From Phoronis australis (lineage: Eukaryota; Animalia; Phoronida): a stretch of DNA of 64,000 nucleotides. The stretch lies in NCBI GenBank assembly GCA_002633005.1, contig NMRA01000020.1, positions 87,621 to 151,620 of the forward strand, in the 5' to 3' direction. The first letter of the stretch is position 1. Each line of letters opens with the position of its first letter. Shown here in pieces: positions 52,001 to 64,000 of the stretch. A model generated the notes under the pieces. It was given only the letters and a program-made list of their open reading frames with translations, was not told the origin of the DNA and did not search any database. The position numbers and the translations under genes are program-made.

Positions 52001-53851
52001 GATTTTGTAGATTCGTCGACAGGCAACTCCACAAATTAGCATGGCTGTAACAGTGTCAAGTCTACTCCGCTATTAAATAGGTGGGCAAGTGATTACTAGT
52101 AATGGGTCTTCTTTTTGTCATCTTTAAACATTGAAAACCTGACCACCAGAATGGGTGACTTCAAGAGATAAGGGTTATTTTGACGCACAGGTAAGACCGT
52201 GGCTTAACTGGAGACACCAAGTAAATTTTGTGCTCCTTACAGTAATGACAATGCCATTATCCACAGGGAGTTATGCACCATCACATTGTGTGAACAGACC
52301 GTACGCTAGTGAAAGCTAAGCCAAAAATAAGACAAAGCGAAAACAATGTCATCTAAAATTGTTGCCTTTTGCATTTAAGTCAGCAGTGAATGCTTACAGA
52401 TTAACTACTGTCCTAAAAACCTTTTACAAACTCCTTACGTAATGTTTCACCAAACCAAACCGTCTTCGAAATTGTCTTTCACACGAGTTCTACAAGATTT
52501 TTCTGTTGTTTACTGTTTTTCAGATAATCACTATTGATTTTCTTCACGAGTTACAACTTCTTCGTCATGTCTGTTCATTTATTTTGCCCTATTTACAGTG
52601 TACTTGGTACTTATTCATAATTATGTCTACGTGATTTTCGTAAGGCTCTAGATTCAGCAGGTTTCAATCTTTCCTCAGCCCTTCCCTAAGCCAATTACCC
52701 TTCTTGTCCAGGCTACTGCCCAAATTTTCTTCACAAATTTAAAGATGCTAACATGGTTTGAACAGCGTAGATGCCACAGAACAATATTTGGTTCCAACTG
52801 TTTGAAACACAGAAATCTGCCTTTGAAAAGTAGAATGACAATTTTAGCGATTATTTTTGTGCAAAATAAGTCGGAAAATTACTGTAATGTGAGCAGACGG
52901 CGTAAACGGCCAGCGACACCAGTCACCTTATGCCATGTCAGTTTGGGCAAGTCACAGTTGTCTTTAAACCAGCATGACATTACATTTCCGCACTCGTCCA
53001 TATTCACACCTCGTGCCCATATTCGACTCAACATCCACGCCCAAAACTTCCAATTCTTTAAGTTACTTTTCAATGCTCACGCTCACCCAGAATTTATACG
53101 ATTGGGACTTTCTTGAAAGTTTTTGTGAACGCCCATCTCGTGAGATTCACAGTTGCCAAAATGTAACAAAAATCCGTTTCAGTGTGATTTGGACATGTAT
53201 AATTCGCAAGAGAAATTATCCACTCTCTACTGAAGGGAGAAGTGAAATACTTCTTTCAGCTCAAGCACACTTTAAATTTGTTTTACTTGTGAGTTAATGG
53301 TGCGGTAACTTGCACGAGTGAATCGAATCGACCTTTCAGGTAAATGTCCATCCTGACTCGACAAAAAATTTGTTTAAACGGTTATGCTTGGCTTAACGCC
53401 TGCCTCCTGATTTTTGAATTTCCCAATTTGAGCACCGTAACTTAGTGCAAATGCATCACAGTGTTTCAAAATTGAACTAGCAGTTTCAAGGGATAAGAAA
53501 TATGTCACTTACCTTGACTTAAAGCATAATAATTTAAGGAGCTCTGAAGTGCCGAATTCTGAAAATTTCAAGAAATCAAATTACACAAATTGGAAATAGC
53601 AGACACCAGATAATGATAATGTCAGTTCTTGGCCAGATGATTAATAGAAAGTTAAAGTAACAAAAACAAGACCTGTTGTTCACATTACAACAGTTTTGAT
53701 ATTCAGACAACAGATTCTCTATGTAGCAATAACTGAATACGGCGTTTTGATATTCCACGATATCATCATCAGGTATAACGCAGTCAGTACGAAGATTCAA
53801 TAACAAAAGAACAATGGTGAGGCAAATCCAAAATCCAGTAGCTCACACCAG

Positions 53852-53967
53852 CATGCACAACACAGTACTGAACATCCAACCTCTACCAAATCCCTAGTTT
53901 GTATGGCCCATGCACAACACAGTACTGAACATCCAACCTCTACCAAATCCCTAGTTAGTATGGCCCA
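53852..53967. repeat. 57-bp tandem duplication
   Basis: catgcacaacacagtactgaacatccaacctctaccaaatccctagtt(t/a)gtatggcc x2. Confidence 0.96.
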
Positions 53968-55910
53968 ACTAATGTTCAGGTTTAGTGACCTCTTTACATA
54001 AGATTGCTTTATGAGGAGATCCTCAATCTAGTGCAATTGTTGTCCTGGACAAGGACTTTCACACTGGAGAATGATGTATGTATTTCATGGCCAGTGGCAA
54101 TAGACTAAGTCAACAGAGCACCATTGTTGCCCTTCTAATGTTCAGCCTGTCAGTTATGTAAAATCCTGGGGGTCATGCTGGATACAAACTCCTTGCAATT
54201 TTCAGGACTCACATGGCAGACTGCATTCCTAATGAGATTTTTAATTTAGATCTAAGCCTTGACAAAGGAGGAGTTTCATAGATTGAAGAAATAGTTAACT
54301 GTCAGTAACATCTGTGATTTAGGATGATGGATGAAGAACCAATATATGGTAAATTACTCTACACCTTTTACTGTTCAGGACCTTGCATGCTGGCAGGAGG
54401 CAAGTTTTGTCTCTCCACCTGAAGCCTTTGCTGTGTACCGACTGTATTACACATGGTGATGATATCGAGGAAAATCGAAACGCCGGATTATAAAGCTTTG
54501 CTATTCAAATAATGCTACCAAGGGAATCCGTTACTCCACATGACATGGTAAATTCTCACCAATTTAGGGCACAATATGACGGACAAAATGAAATGTTGTT
54601 CTCTCATTTTTTTTCATAAAAGATATGCAGCATAAAGTTAACGGTTTACCATATTCAAGGACTGTACTATAGCTGCCACTGGAAAATAATTTGGAAAAAA
54701 GCGGGTAACAATGTTAGAGGACCTTGAAAAATAAAAAAGAATAATTTTGGAAAATGTTTTGGTCCAAAATTGCTAACATTGTACCGTATATAAAAAATAT
54801 AAAATAAATCTCCTTGAAATCAAGATTCTTGCAAACTTTTATCATTTGCATTGACGTCTGCATTTCGTGAGTCTGTCAAACCTGAGCTTTCTCACTTTAA
54901 TCTCACAGCTACTGCCATCTGGTGGCATAACAATCTCATCTGATCATTAGTTTGACAAATTACAGGAAACATGTACAAAAAAGGTGCATTGCACTGTGTT
55001 ACTGAAAATGTTTCCCATAATTCCTCATTCTAAGTATGTATAAGTCTACCAAGACCTGTAGTAAGGTCAGCAGGTTCTATCAATACAAACGATTGTCACA
55101 ACAGTTGACAAATAATAGAACGTGTTCCCATCACCATTGTGAGAGAGTTCTTTCTAGCCACCCTTTCCAACAACATGTGTTGGTCAACCTGTCAGTAGTA
55201 GCTTACATGCACACATATGTCAATACAAACAAAATCTCACCAATTTAGGACAAGTGCAATATTACATTCTTTATTATTTCGCAAAGGATAATCACCAAAT
55301 AGATGCTTATCATTTTTAAGTTTTATCTTGCATCGAAAATGTTTTTAAAATATCAATGAGGGCAATCGTAACAACATGCGAAACCTTTGAAAATTGAAAA
55401 ACTGCATTTTTTAATCATTACAGTTTGAAATGGGTGAGATTTTGCCAAACGCATCGACCATTTTAGGACAATTGGCCCTCTGTGGCAATTTCTCCACGGC
55501 AGTTCTTTCTCCTGAGATTAAGACTTTCAGTGAGGAATACATACATTCACAAAGATCAAGAAAAACTCCGCCACATTTCTTGGAAACAACACTGTAATTC
55601 CTCACTTAGTTAGCACACAACATGGCCGACAAGAGAAATTCTGTTTTGTCAAATTTCTCCACAAAACAAAAGATTTAGAAAATTCTAGTCTATCACTACC
55701 ATGGTTTGTACTGTTTAGATGTCAAAAAACGTTTCGTACAGTTTTTCTTATCTGCAATAAAGTAATCAGCCTCTGCAAAATGAAATAATTACAGTTTGAG
55801 CAATTATTCTTGCATGAAGCAAGTGAAGAACCACGGAGCTAATAAAGATGTGTACCTGAAGGCCCAGCCTTACAGCTTCATAGCAAGCACATTCACCAAC
55901 AGACTAATCC

Positions 55911-55934
55911 ACAACAACAACAACAACAACAACA
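55911..55934. repeat. (CAA)n microsatellite
   Basis: About 8 copies. Confidence 0.9.
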
Positions 55935-58555
55935 AAAGACAGTCTTTTATCATTTATTGCCTTCACCAACCAGGTATTGCATCCCCTACAGGAGTATAGA
56001 TTCAATAACAGGTCCATATCTTAACTTGGCCCTTCACAATATGGCTGTTTCAGTCACCCACAGTACTTGTCCATGTTGCAGTAAATATTCTCCAGTTTGG
56101 AATAATCTCTAAAGTTTGAGACAATCAAATTCAAGCGAAAATTAATTTTTCTTGATTCTGAAGATTTGGACACAGGAAATTTTCGTTTTCATCATATTTC
56201 TCAAATATTGGACCCTGGATTTGGTATCAGTAGAGTCTGAAATGAAATTGTTAAAAGTAGCTGCCAAAACAAAATTTGTCATTATCATTTAGTTCAAAAA
56301 CAGTAATGCTAAAAGATTCCCATTCAGAAAATAGAGCTGAATAATCTGAGTATGTCAGTCAGCTGTCTTTCAACTTTGCTTCCATATGTAGCGCTATAGC
56401 TAGAATTGCATAATTCTGCAAATTTGCACTGGTCAAACAGGCTGAATGAAATCCTAGGAAAGAGTAATGTTGATAAAGCAAATATGATTTTTGATTGGTC
56501 AGTGAACAGGCTCACTCCTCCCACTTCCACAAAGTGATGGACGAAAAGTTTCATAAAGCTGCACCACTTGTTGGTTTACACCTGCAACATGTTGCGTGAC
56601 ATATTGCCGAGTCATAAAATGCATGTTTGCAATTTGTTGTGCACTGTCTAAAGCATTTAACAAATGGACAGTTTTTTCGAAGCCCTGAAGTCACCTCCAA
56701 TTTGACTAAGGAACAACTTGAGATAATAACAATAAATAGTATAAATCCTGTATTTTAATAGAAGGTGGCATAATAGCATCGGATGGACATCAAACGGAAC
56801 ACGAGTACATACCCAGACAAGTACGGTATGTTCTGAGATGTACACATTACAATCATTAAACTGAATCCTCGTTAAAGAAGAAAACGTGCATTGTGGAAAT
56901 AGTGCGATTTAGAAATGTGAATTTTATCAGTACTATGAGAACAGACAGAGAGCATTTAGTTGACAGCAGAGAAAGGCTTCACCTAGATGGACGAGAGGGG
57001 TTCAAAAAGGACGACCAGAGACAAAATAGCGCCAGTATTTGCAGTAAAAACTAGGGACTTAGGTTCGCTTAATGTTTTCATTTTCCGATGGATTAAGATT
57101 ATCTAGGTGCAACAGAAAACAAATTTGAACGAGTGTTGCATCTTTGTAAATGTGTGACTAGCATCCCTTAAATTATCATAAGTAGAGACCTTGCTCACTT
57201 GAGGGGAAAGGTGCCTATGTCGCCCCCTGTTGGCAATGCCTCAAGTAGCCAAAACTTATGTTTTGCTCAACTGATTCAAACACTGAGGGAGTTCTTTAAC
57301 CATCAAATGGGATTTTGTGGGCTTGACAAGGAGAGTTTCGCATGATTTCTAAATACTTTTATAGGAGAATGGGGACGCCCCTAAAATCGACCCATCCAGG
57401 GCCCTGATAACAATGACTCATATACAATAGAAACCATGCGACATCCAATTTTTTTTGATTGAAGGTGAGTTCATAGCAGGTCTGATTTCACTGAAACAGA
57501 ATACAGCTGAACGTTACACTGAACCCTCGCAGGACGGTTGTTATAACAAAAGTTCACTATATACCGGTAGTTATTTTTTACCTCATTAAACTTTACTTTG
57601 TCAAATTTCTCAATAAGATCAATATTTTTTCACCAAGTCCATTAAAAATACAATTGTCAAAATTTCCATTATTTGCAGCCTTTGAAAAATACAAAAAAAA
57701 AAATATTTTGGACTTTAATTTTCTGCAAAAATAAGTGTAAAATTATCATATCCAAATCTACTTGCATACAGTGCTGTTGACTTGCGAGTGTATAGAATGG
57801 AAGGCTATAAGCTAGGGAACATTAGTTTGACCATAAAAGGCGATCAAAGGCATTTGAAGATAAAACAAAATCACACGATTAATGAATTCAACCAGAGAGA
57901 TCCAGTGTGAAACGGAAATGGTAGACTCGAGAGAGAGAACGTTAAAAGGGTGTCTTGAAGTGAATATTAAGAACACACGGACACTTCCTACCACAATGTC
58001 GGCGACTTCACTATCGCTCTCTCTGTCATAATCCATAATGTCTAGTGTACCTGATTGGACAATTCAAAAGATTCAGTGTGTTATGGTACTATCACCAAGC
58101 ATGCCAGCATAATCTTATTAAGACCTGTCAATGGATAATCACATCATAGCATAGCAGTGTACAGTCAAACAATGGACAGCGTTTTCTACCTGAAAATGGA
58201 CAAAATGACTTGGCAGAACTTTTTTATTTAAATCAGTAAGTTCAAGTCTATAAACAGGGTAAAAAAACAGTTTCATCAGGGCACACCCAGACAAGATACG
58301 TTCAGTATGTTAACAGACAGTTTCAGAAGGCAACAGACAGTGAAATGTAACGTCATTATTTCAACAAACCAGTTTTTGTAGGTAATTTCAGATAAAATTT
58401 AATACTTAAGAACAAAAATTATGTCTTTGTGTTCAATTTTGGCTTGAAGAAAGATACAAGAAACAGTAAAAAATAAAAATCTACCTGTTGTTGAAGCTAA
58501 AAATAATTCAAAACCCGCATGTTTTTACTAAATACTTCCAATACATGCAATGAGC

Positions 58556-58832
58556 CAGGGTTCTGTTTCACGAAAAATGAGAAAGACTTATAAGTCAGAA
58601 ATTTGGTCTTGCGCTCACTCCACACGACTATTTCAGAAAATAATTAAACCTCACTTAAGCAAAAGTCTAGGTGAAGATGCACATGGCTGCTAGATGCTGA
58701 CATAATTTCTATAAATAACTTCTAGACTGAGATATGCTCATAAAAACATGGTGGCTAAACATTTTTCCAGCAGTTGTAAAGAGGGAACGTAAGAGCAAAT
58801 TTCTTACGTCACTTTCATGAAACAGATCCCTG
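58556..58832. mobile_element. MITE with 20-bp TIR (Harbinger-like by resemblance)
   Basis: cagggttctgtttcacgaaa ... tttcatgaaacagatccctg (2 mismatches). Confidence 0.75.
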
Positions 58833-59390
58833 AAGTCTAACACTGGCCCCAACCAATACCTAATTTCCAGTTATGGTCCTCTAATACAAGAACTGCTTTT
58901 CAAACAAACGTCGGGTTCTGACAATTCTATATCTTCCTCAAAGTCCTGTCGGATTATTTCCCAACTACATACTCTCGCGTGTTGGCACACAACGTAAGAA
59001 CTGATCAATGTTCAATGTAATAATGAAAAGAACGCGTAGACATATATGCACATAATTTACATGTATTTACTCCGAACGTATGAGCGGACTCCGTGACAGC
59101 AAGTATCGGCAGAATCAAACCAATCTGCAGCCAACTAACACAACAGTGAAGGTACCCTTATAAGTTTGAGTTCATGCGAGTTTGAGCACTACCAAATGCA
59201 ATGGAAACCAATGGCATAGATTCAGAAAACTACAATCCAACGCCTGAAGCTCAACAGTGCAGTGTTGATACACCCAGCCTCATTCAATATGCTACACTGT
59301 AGTGCAGTGTCTATTAACCAAATGACATGCATAGTTATGCAACTACCTCCACCTAAAATGAAAAGCCCTTATTGATCGCTCCTGCTACAC

Positions 59391-59595
59391 TATCAGTGAC
59401 AATGTAGAAACTGGTAGAATACTTTGAAATCTGGTCAAAATATTTATTCAAAAAACACATTAGCTTTGGTGCCTAATAGGTGCAGCCCTTCATCAGGTAT
59501 AAAGACAAATGTATGATTTTAAATTGAATTAACCAGTTTCTACATTGTCTAATTTTATCCAGTCTAGACACAAGTCATTTTTAATTTATCAGTGA
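59391..59595 (-). mobile_element. Penelope-like retroelement end remnant with inverted segment, TSD and degenerate hammerhead core
   Basis: tatcagtga direct repeat at 59391 and 59587. Perfect 18-bp IR at 59398-59415 / 59532-59549. Minus strand reads cCTGATGAagggc...cCAAAgct...AATAAA. Confidence 0.7.
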
Positions 59596-59755
59596 TAAGC
59601 TATTTAACAGCCTGGTAGAGTCTTGCTTAGCATTTTATAGGAGCAACCTACTGGAAGGCACTGTTACATGCCTACAGCATACAGCGCATGGCAACTAATG
59701 GAAACGTCTGTCGTTTCCTTTAAGGAAACAGGCAGACTTGAAAACTTCCTTCACA

Positions 59756-60160
59756 AAGAACCATAACAGGGCTCTCGTGCTTTTAGCGCAGGTGTTTTGT
59801 GCAATGGGCCCACCCATGAGGCCTGCGCACGTCTGATACACCGCAAATGACATCAGACCACCTGCACTGTTTTTTTACTTAATAACAGCCCACAGCTTTT
59901 TATTGGAGAGGAACTTACTGTATCTGATCAGAGCCTGGTGCCAAAAAACAGAAGCAAAATGAAAAAATGGCCGCTAGGGGGCGCAGATTACATAGAATCT
60001 GTCTGAAAATGAAAAAATGTTGTCATCTCCACTATAGAAACCTATCCGCCAAATTTCGTGAGGATTTGTCAATGAACTTGGTAGATACAGAGACCATAAA
60101 AAAACAGCTAATTTGCCACCAGGGGAGCACAGCGGTAGTCGACTCCGTCATAATACTGAC
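59756..60160 (+). mobile_element. Interspersed repeat related to 1700-2345, carrying two CTCF-like motifs
   Basis: tggccgctagggggcgcag and tgccaccaggggagcacagcggtagtcgactc ~146 bp apart. Confidence 0.4.
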
Positions 60161-60644
60161 ATAGGTTGCGATCACCGTGCTCACTGTCCACACTATCCCT
60201 CGAGCAGAACATTTCGTTTCGGTTTACACTGACCAGTACAATTGTGTCTCTACCAGTTTTTCCGTATACCAAAGAGGTTAAAACTAAAAAGGAACAGTGT
60301 GCGACTGAAATCACTGAGCAGCAATTGAACACATATTTGATCCGAAAAGTACAAAAAAACGATACAAGTGAGAGATAAATTAAAATGTTGAAATACGCTC
60401 ACGTCCAGCAGGGTAAAAAATCTGACTGAACTGCCTCCTTTTTGAGCAGTTCAACAGACTGCAATACTAGTGAAGGCTGGATGCGAGACAATCGCAGTTT
60501 TGTCAAGCGCTACATTTGGAACAAATCTAGTTATTCACAGATAATTGTTATTTAGTTCACAGGTTACTCTTTCCTGACATATTATTTCTACTGTACTTTC
60601 TTCAATCATCAAGTAAATCAGTTGTGTATACTCCCAGGGAGAAC

Positions 60645-60687
60645 ATCACCCTTACCCATCACCCTTACCCATCACCCTTACCCATCA
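60645..60687. repeat. 13-bp tandem repeat x3
   Basis: Unit catcacccttacc. Confidence 0.93.
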
Positions 60688-63600
60688 CAACCAGGACTAT
60701 GGTAGGACAAAACTAGAAATCTGACACGCAACATCATAAAATCTTACTCAAATAAAGATGTCTGGAGTAAATGACATCAACTTACAATCTGGTGCATTGC
60801 ATGCAACATCCCGTGCCTTCTTGTTTTTAAAGCATAGCCTAGTTTTGATTTCGCTTAAAGAGGGCGTAGTTTAGCCCCGGCCCTATATTGGCCGAAAGTA
60901 GATGGTCCCATGAAACGGTTTTAAAAACTGAATCTAAAATCTTTCTCATTGCAAACATTCAAATGAACTTAAGATCTTACACGATTGCATTAAATTTATA
61001 ATTTTGTTGTAAAAAGAGCTTTATGTTCAAGCAGCAAACGTCAAAATACACAAGCCACAATATAGTGACAGTATTCTCATAGCAAATTGGTCAGTTTAAC
61101 CACAGGGGGCGTATGCGGCAACAAAGGGATTCACTTGGCAACAGATTCTGCAGGTGGTAAAAATTCCCAGGTTGTCTGGAAGTCACAAGATTTTTGTGAG
61201 TTGCAACCAACAAGTCAGAAGTTTGCTTCCCTCTTAGGTTAAGAGTTGAACGAGAGACCATCGCTGTTTTTCCAATCAAGTAAATAAGGTCCTGAACATT
61301 CCCTTTAAACAAGAATCCTAAACCAGGACTAGTTTTATACACACTCTTTCAGACACAGGTTCTGTTGTGAGTTAGTGATGCAGTTAATTAGATTATAAGC
61401 CATGCTGGAAACTACTTTCCAATGAATACCTCAAGGCTTGGGTTTTTGTTGACAAAATCGTATCACTTGACCAATTTTGAAAATTCAAGAACCCACATAG
61501 TCTACTTTTTACTCCACTTTTCAGCTTTTATAGTTTTCATTGGTTTTCATGTCCCAAAAAGAAAATGGAAAATAAAGTCTGGATGCCTTCAAGCCTTCCA
61601 CTGATCTTATAAGAAAAAGTAATTACCCTATGTGACCTTGTGAATAGGGTCACTCTATTTATAGGGAATGGAATGTGGATTGAACTGATACAGCTGATCA
61701 TGAAGATTTCTCCAAATCGATCCTTGTCTTGTTGAAAGGGGATGTTTACAGCATGATAAAAAAGAAGAAAAGATCATGGTAATAGTCGGAAAAAGTTGGT
61801 CCCTGATTAAAAATGATTTGGGAAACATGCAGTTCAAGTGATGAGAAAACCAGTTACTCCCACTAAGTAGCATGCGTTATTCAGTGAAAGTAACTGGTTC
61901 TCACCATCTATTCGGCTTTTACCGCCGGTCACTCATGGTCCTTCACAGTCCTAGCACTTAGCCTTTAAGATTAGGCATGGATGCCCCACTTTTTCAATTC
62001 AAGAGTCCATTGTTTCATTTTCAAATCCTGCTACGTCGTTTGTAAAAGTCAAGACTTTTGCACTACCACAAGTGGGGTTTCCTAGTTTTGGCGAGTTCAT
62101 TTCCCATTTGACTGCATTTGCCTACTTTACTTTATTTATTGCAGTTTCACCAAGTCCATGACTCCACAACGAGAATGAGACATGTAGTGAGACATTATTT
62201 GACCTGTCTCACTGCTGCGCTGGCCTTCTTGCATCTGCCGCGCGCCCTCTGTCGGCATCGAGAGACGACTGTTGTTTGTCTTGGAGACTGTCGACGGCGG
62301 CTATCCGGCCCATATGCCGGTAATGGCCAATGAGGACGCAACATGAATATTAATTAAGCAGCCCTGCAGCCGATACACGTGCTGGGATGCAGAGCGGCAT
62401 TCGACATCCAGACTGCAAACTAAAACAGACCTGTTGACTCGGAGCTCGACCACGGAACTAAGATGTAAGGTAAGAGATCTTAAGAAATTACTACATTGGC
62501 GTAGTTGCTGTTTAGCGAACTAGCTTAACTGCGTGTTCGCAAATGAAGAAAAAACTCATTTGGACACGATGCTGAGGGAGGGGTTATTGAACTGTCTACA
62601 CTACAGACATGACACTAGTCACTAGACAAGCCATGTTACATATACGGTGAGTGTGCCTAAGTCAATTGAAGTTTAGTTGTGAGATATTATGATGATGATG
62701 AAAACAATGGTGACGAACTCTATATTGTAAAACTCACCAGTTTGCCTGATAAACTTGATGCAGCTCGGCTGCTAGTGGACAGCAACGACGAAAAAAACTG
62801 CTATCCGCAAGATGGCGCGAGCACGGTGACCATTGTTTCTCACCTCTAATTACAAAAGACATCTAACCACTTCGATATTCCTGAGCGTTCCATTTGCTCA
62901 TAACATTTTGCATATAATAAAAGTCGCCAGAGATTTGTCAAAGACTTGTCATATTTAGTGAAAACATAAATATTTGAAAATTTGTTTCCCTAAAAATTTA
63001 CCAATTGCAAGTTTTCAACAGTCGATGTATCCCTTCATATGTTTTTTGTTCACAGAAGACTGAAAATATTACTGCGTCCAGGATGAATGTGAGCGAGTGA
63101 TTGGGAAAGCACCACAGATGACAACATTGTGCGTATTCATCCCAGTTCAATCTTACCGCTTATTTATATTTTCTATGAGTATGACTGAATAAATGTTCCA
63201 AATCGGCCGTGAAATTATTAGCTTGCTGCTGGCAGTCTGCTACCGGGAAGTAGCTGAGGGGATATATGGCACGATGTAGGGCAAAGTGAAAACGTGCATT
63301 TTAAATTGTGTCGGTTTTTGACAGTGAAATCGACACATTTCGTTTCTCAACTAAAACCCACAAAAACTTGGTGATTAAACTACGATCACCCCATCGTCAC
63401 TTTCCGGCACCGGGCCTGACAGCGGGCGCGAACTCATGAGTGTATTTTTATTGTAGTATTATGTATATTATCAAATAACATAGTAATAACGATAACGACA
63501 ACACTAACGCCAACGACAACGATAATAATATCTGTCTGTTCATTTTGGCTATAACATGCAATTCTGAAGTCATGACCCCTGGCAGTTTGCGGGAGGAATA

Positions 63601-64000
63601 GCAAAAATCTGACAAAGAGTGACAATCATGTTTTCCACTCAGTGTTCTGTGTGTTGAAGATTTGCGGAGAGAATTGCAAAAATCTCGACTATTTGCCGAC
63701 ACTGTATGACCGGGATGGTGTTGGCTAACGAGCCCATGGTTGTCGGGAACTAGCAATTATTTGCCCGACAAACTTGTGACAATATATGAGCCAACGAGGT
63801 CGTTGAAAGTTTTTCGACTGAATAACAAAAATCCCAGTACTTGACCGACGAGGATATGTGGCGTAGTGGTGGTTAGCCAAAGAAATCGTTGAAAAGTTTG
63901 TAGGTTGAATAGCAGACCGACAAGCTACAATGTGACCAACCATTCATATCGTTGCCGGAATGATTTGTTTGCTCTTTATCAACTTTTTGACCGACCTGTC

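Noticed and set aside
52440-53300. Overlapping ORFs suggesting a decayed transposon gene
   Set aside because: No recognisable domain motif in the frames I translated.
57992-58036. Possible first coding exon MDYDRESDSEVADIV with a gtagga donor
   Set aside because: The donor is phase 0 but the next candidate acceptor (34065) needs phase 1. No bridging exon or homology found.
62733-62840. CpG-richer segment with YY1-like aagatggcg and a gtgagt donor; possible 5' UTR exon or promoter
   Set aside because: No independent support, and such motifs are also common in the transposon relics of this window.
63630-63710. CSVC...CRHC zinc-finger-like pattern
   Set aside because: Interrupted by a stop, short and without supporting context; could be chance.

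Overview
Eukaryotic, AT-rich animal genomic DNA (most likely a bilaterian invertebrate; the species cannot be determined from sequence). Most of the window is one large minus-strand, multi-exon gene encoding an ORP5/ORP8-type oxysterol-binding-protein-related lipid transfer protein (OSBPL8-like: polybasic helix, PH domain, ORD). I reconstructed 15 phase-consistent GT-AG coding exons between 1 and 18133 and three weaker N-terminal exon candidates (21140-21204, 25259-25397, 33826-34065). The 3' end runs off the left edge and the true 5' end was not found. Introns are full of repeats: at least 9 minisatellites and several transposon relics. The most notable relics are (i) a TA-flanked, Tc1/mariner-like TIR element whose only recognisable cargo is a decayed stand-alone HIRAN gene, (ii) a 5'-truncated L1/Tx1-clade LINE inserted in the terminal repeat of a MITE, (iii) a Kolobok-like element with a THAP relic, and (iv) a Penelope-like inverted-end remnant with a 9-bp TSD and a degenerate hammerhead core. 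Nearly all ORFs in the supplied track are spurious or only overlap real exons. All assignments come from reading and translating by eye; no searches were run.
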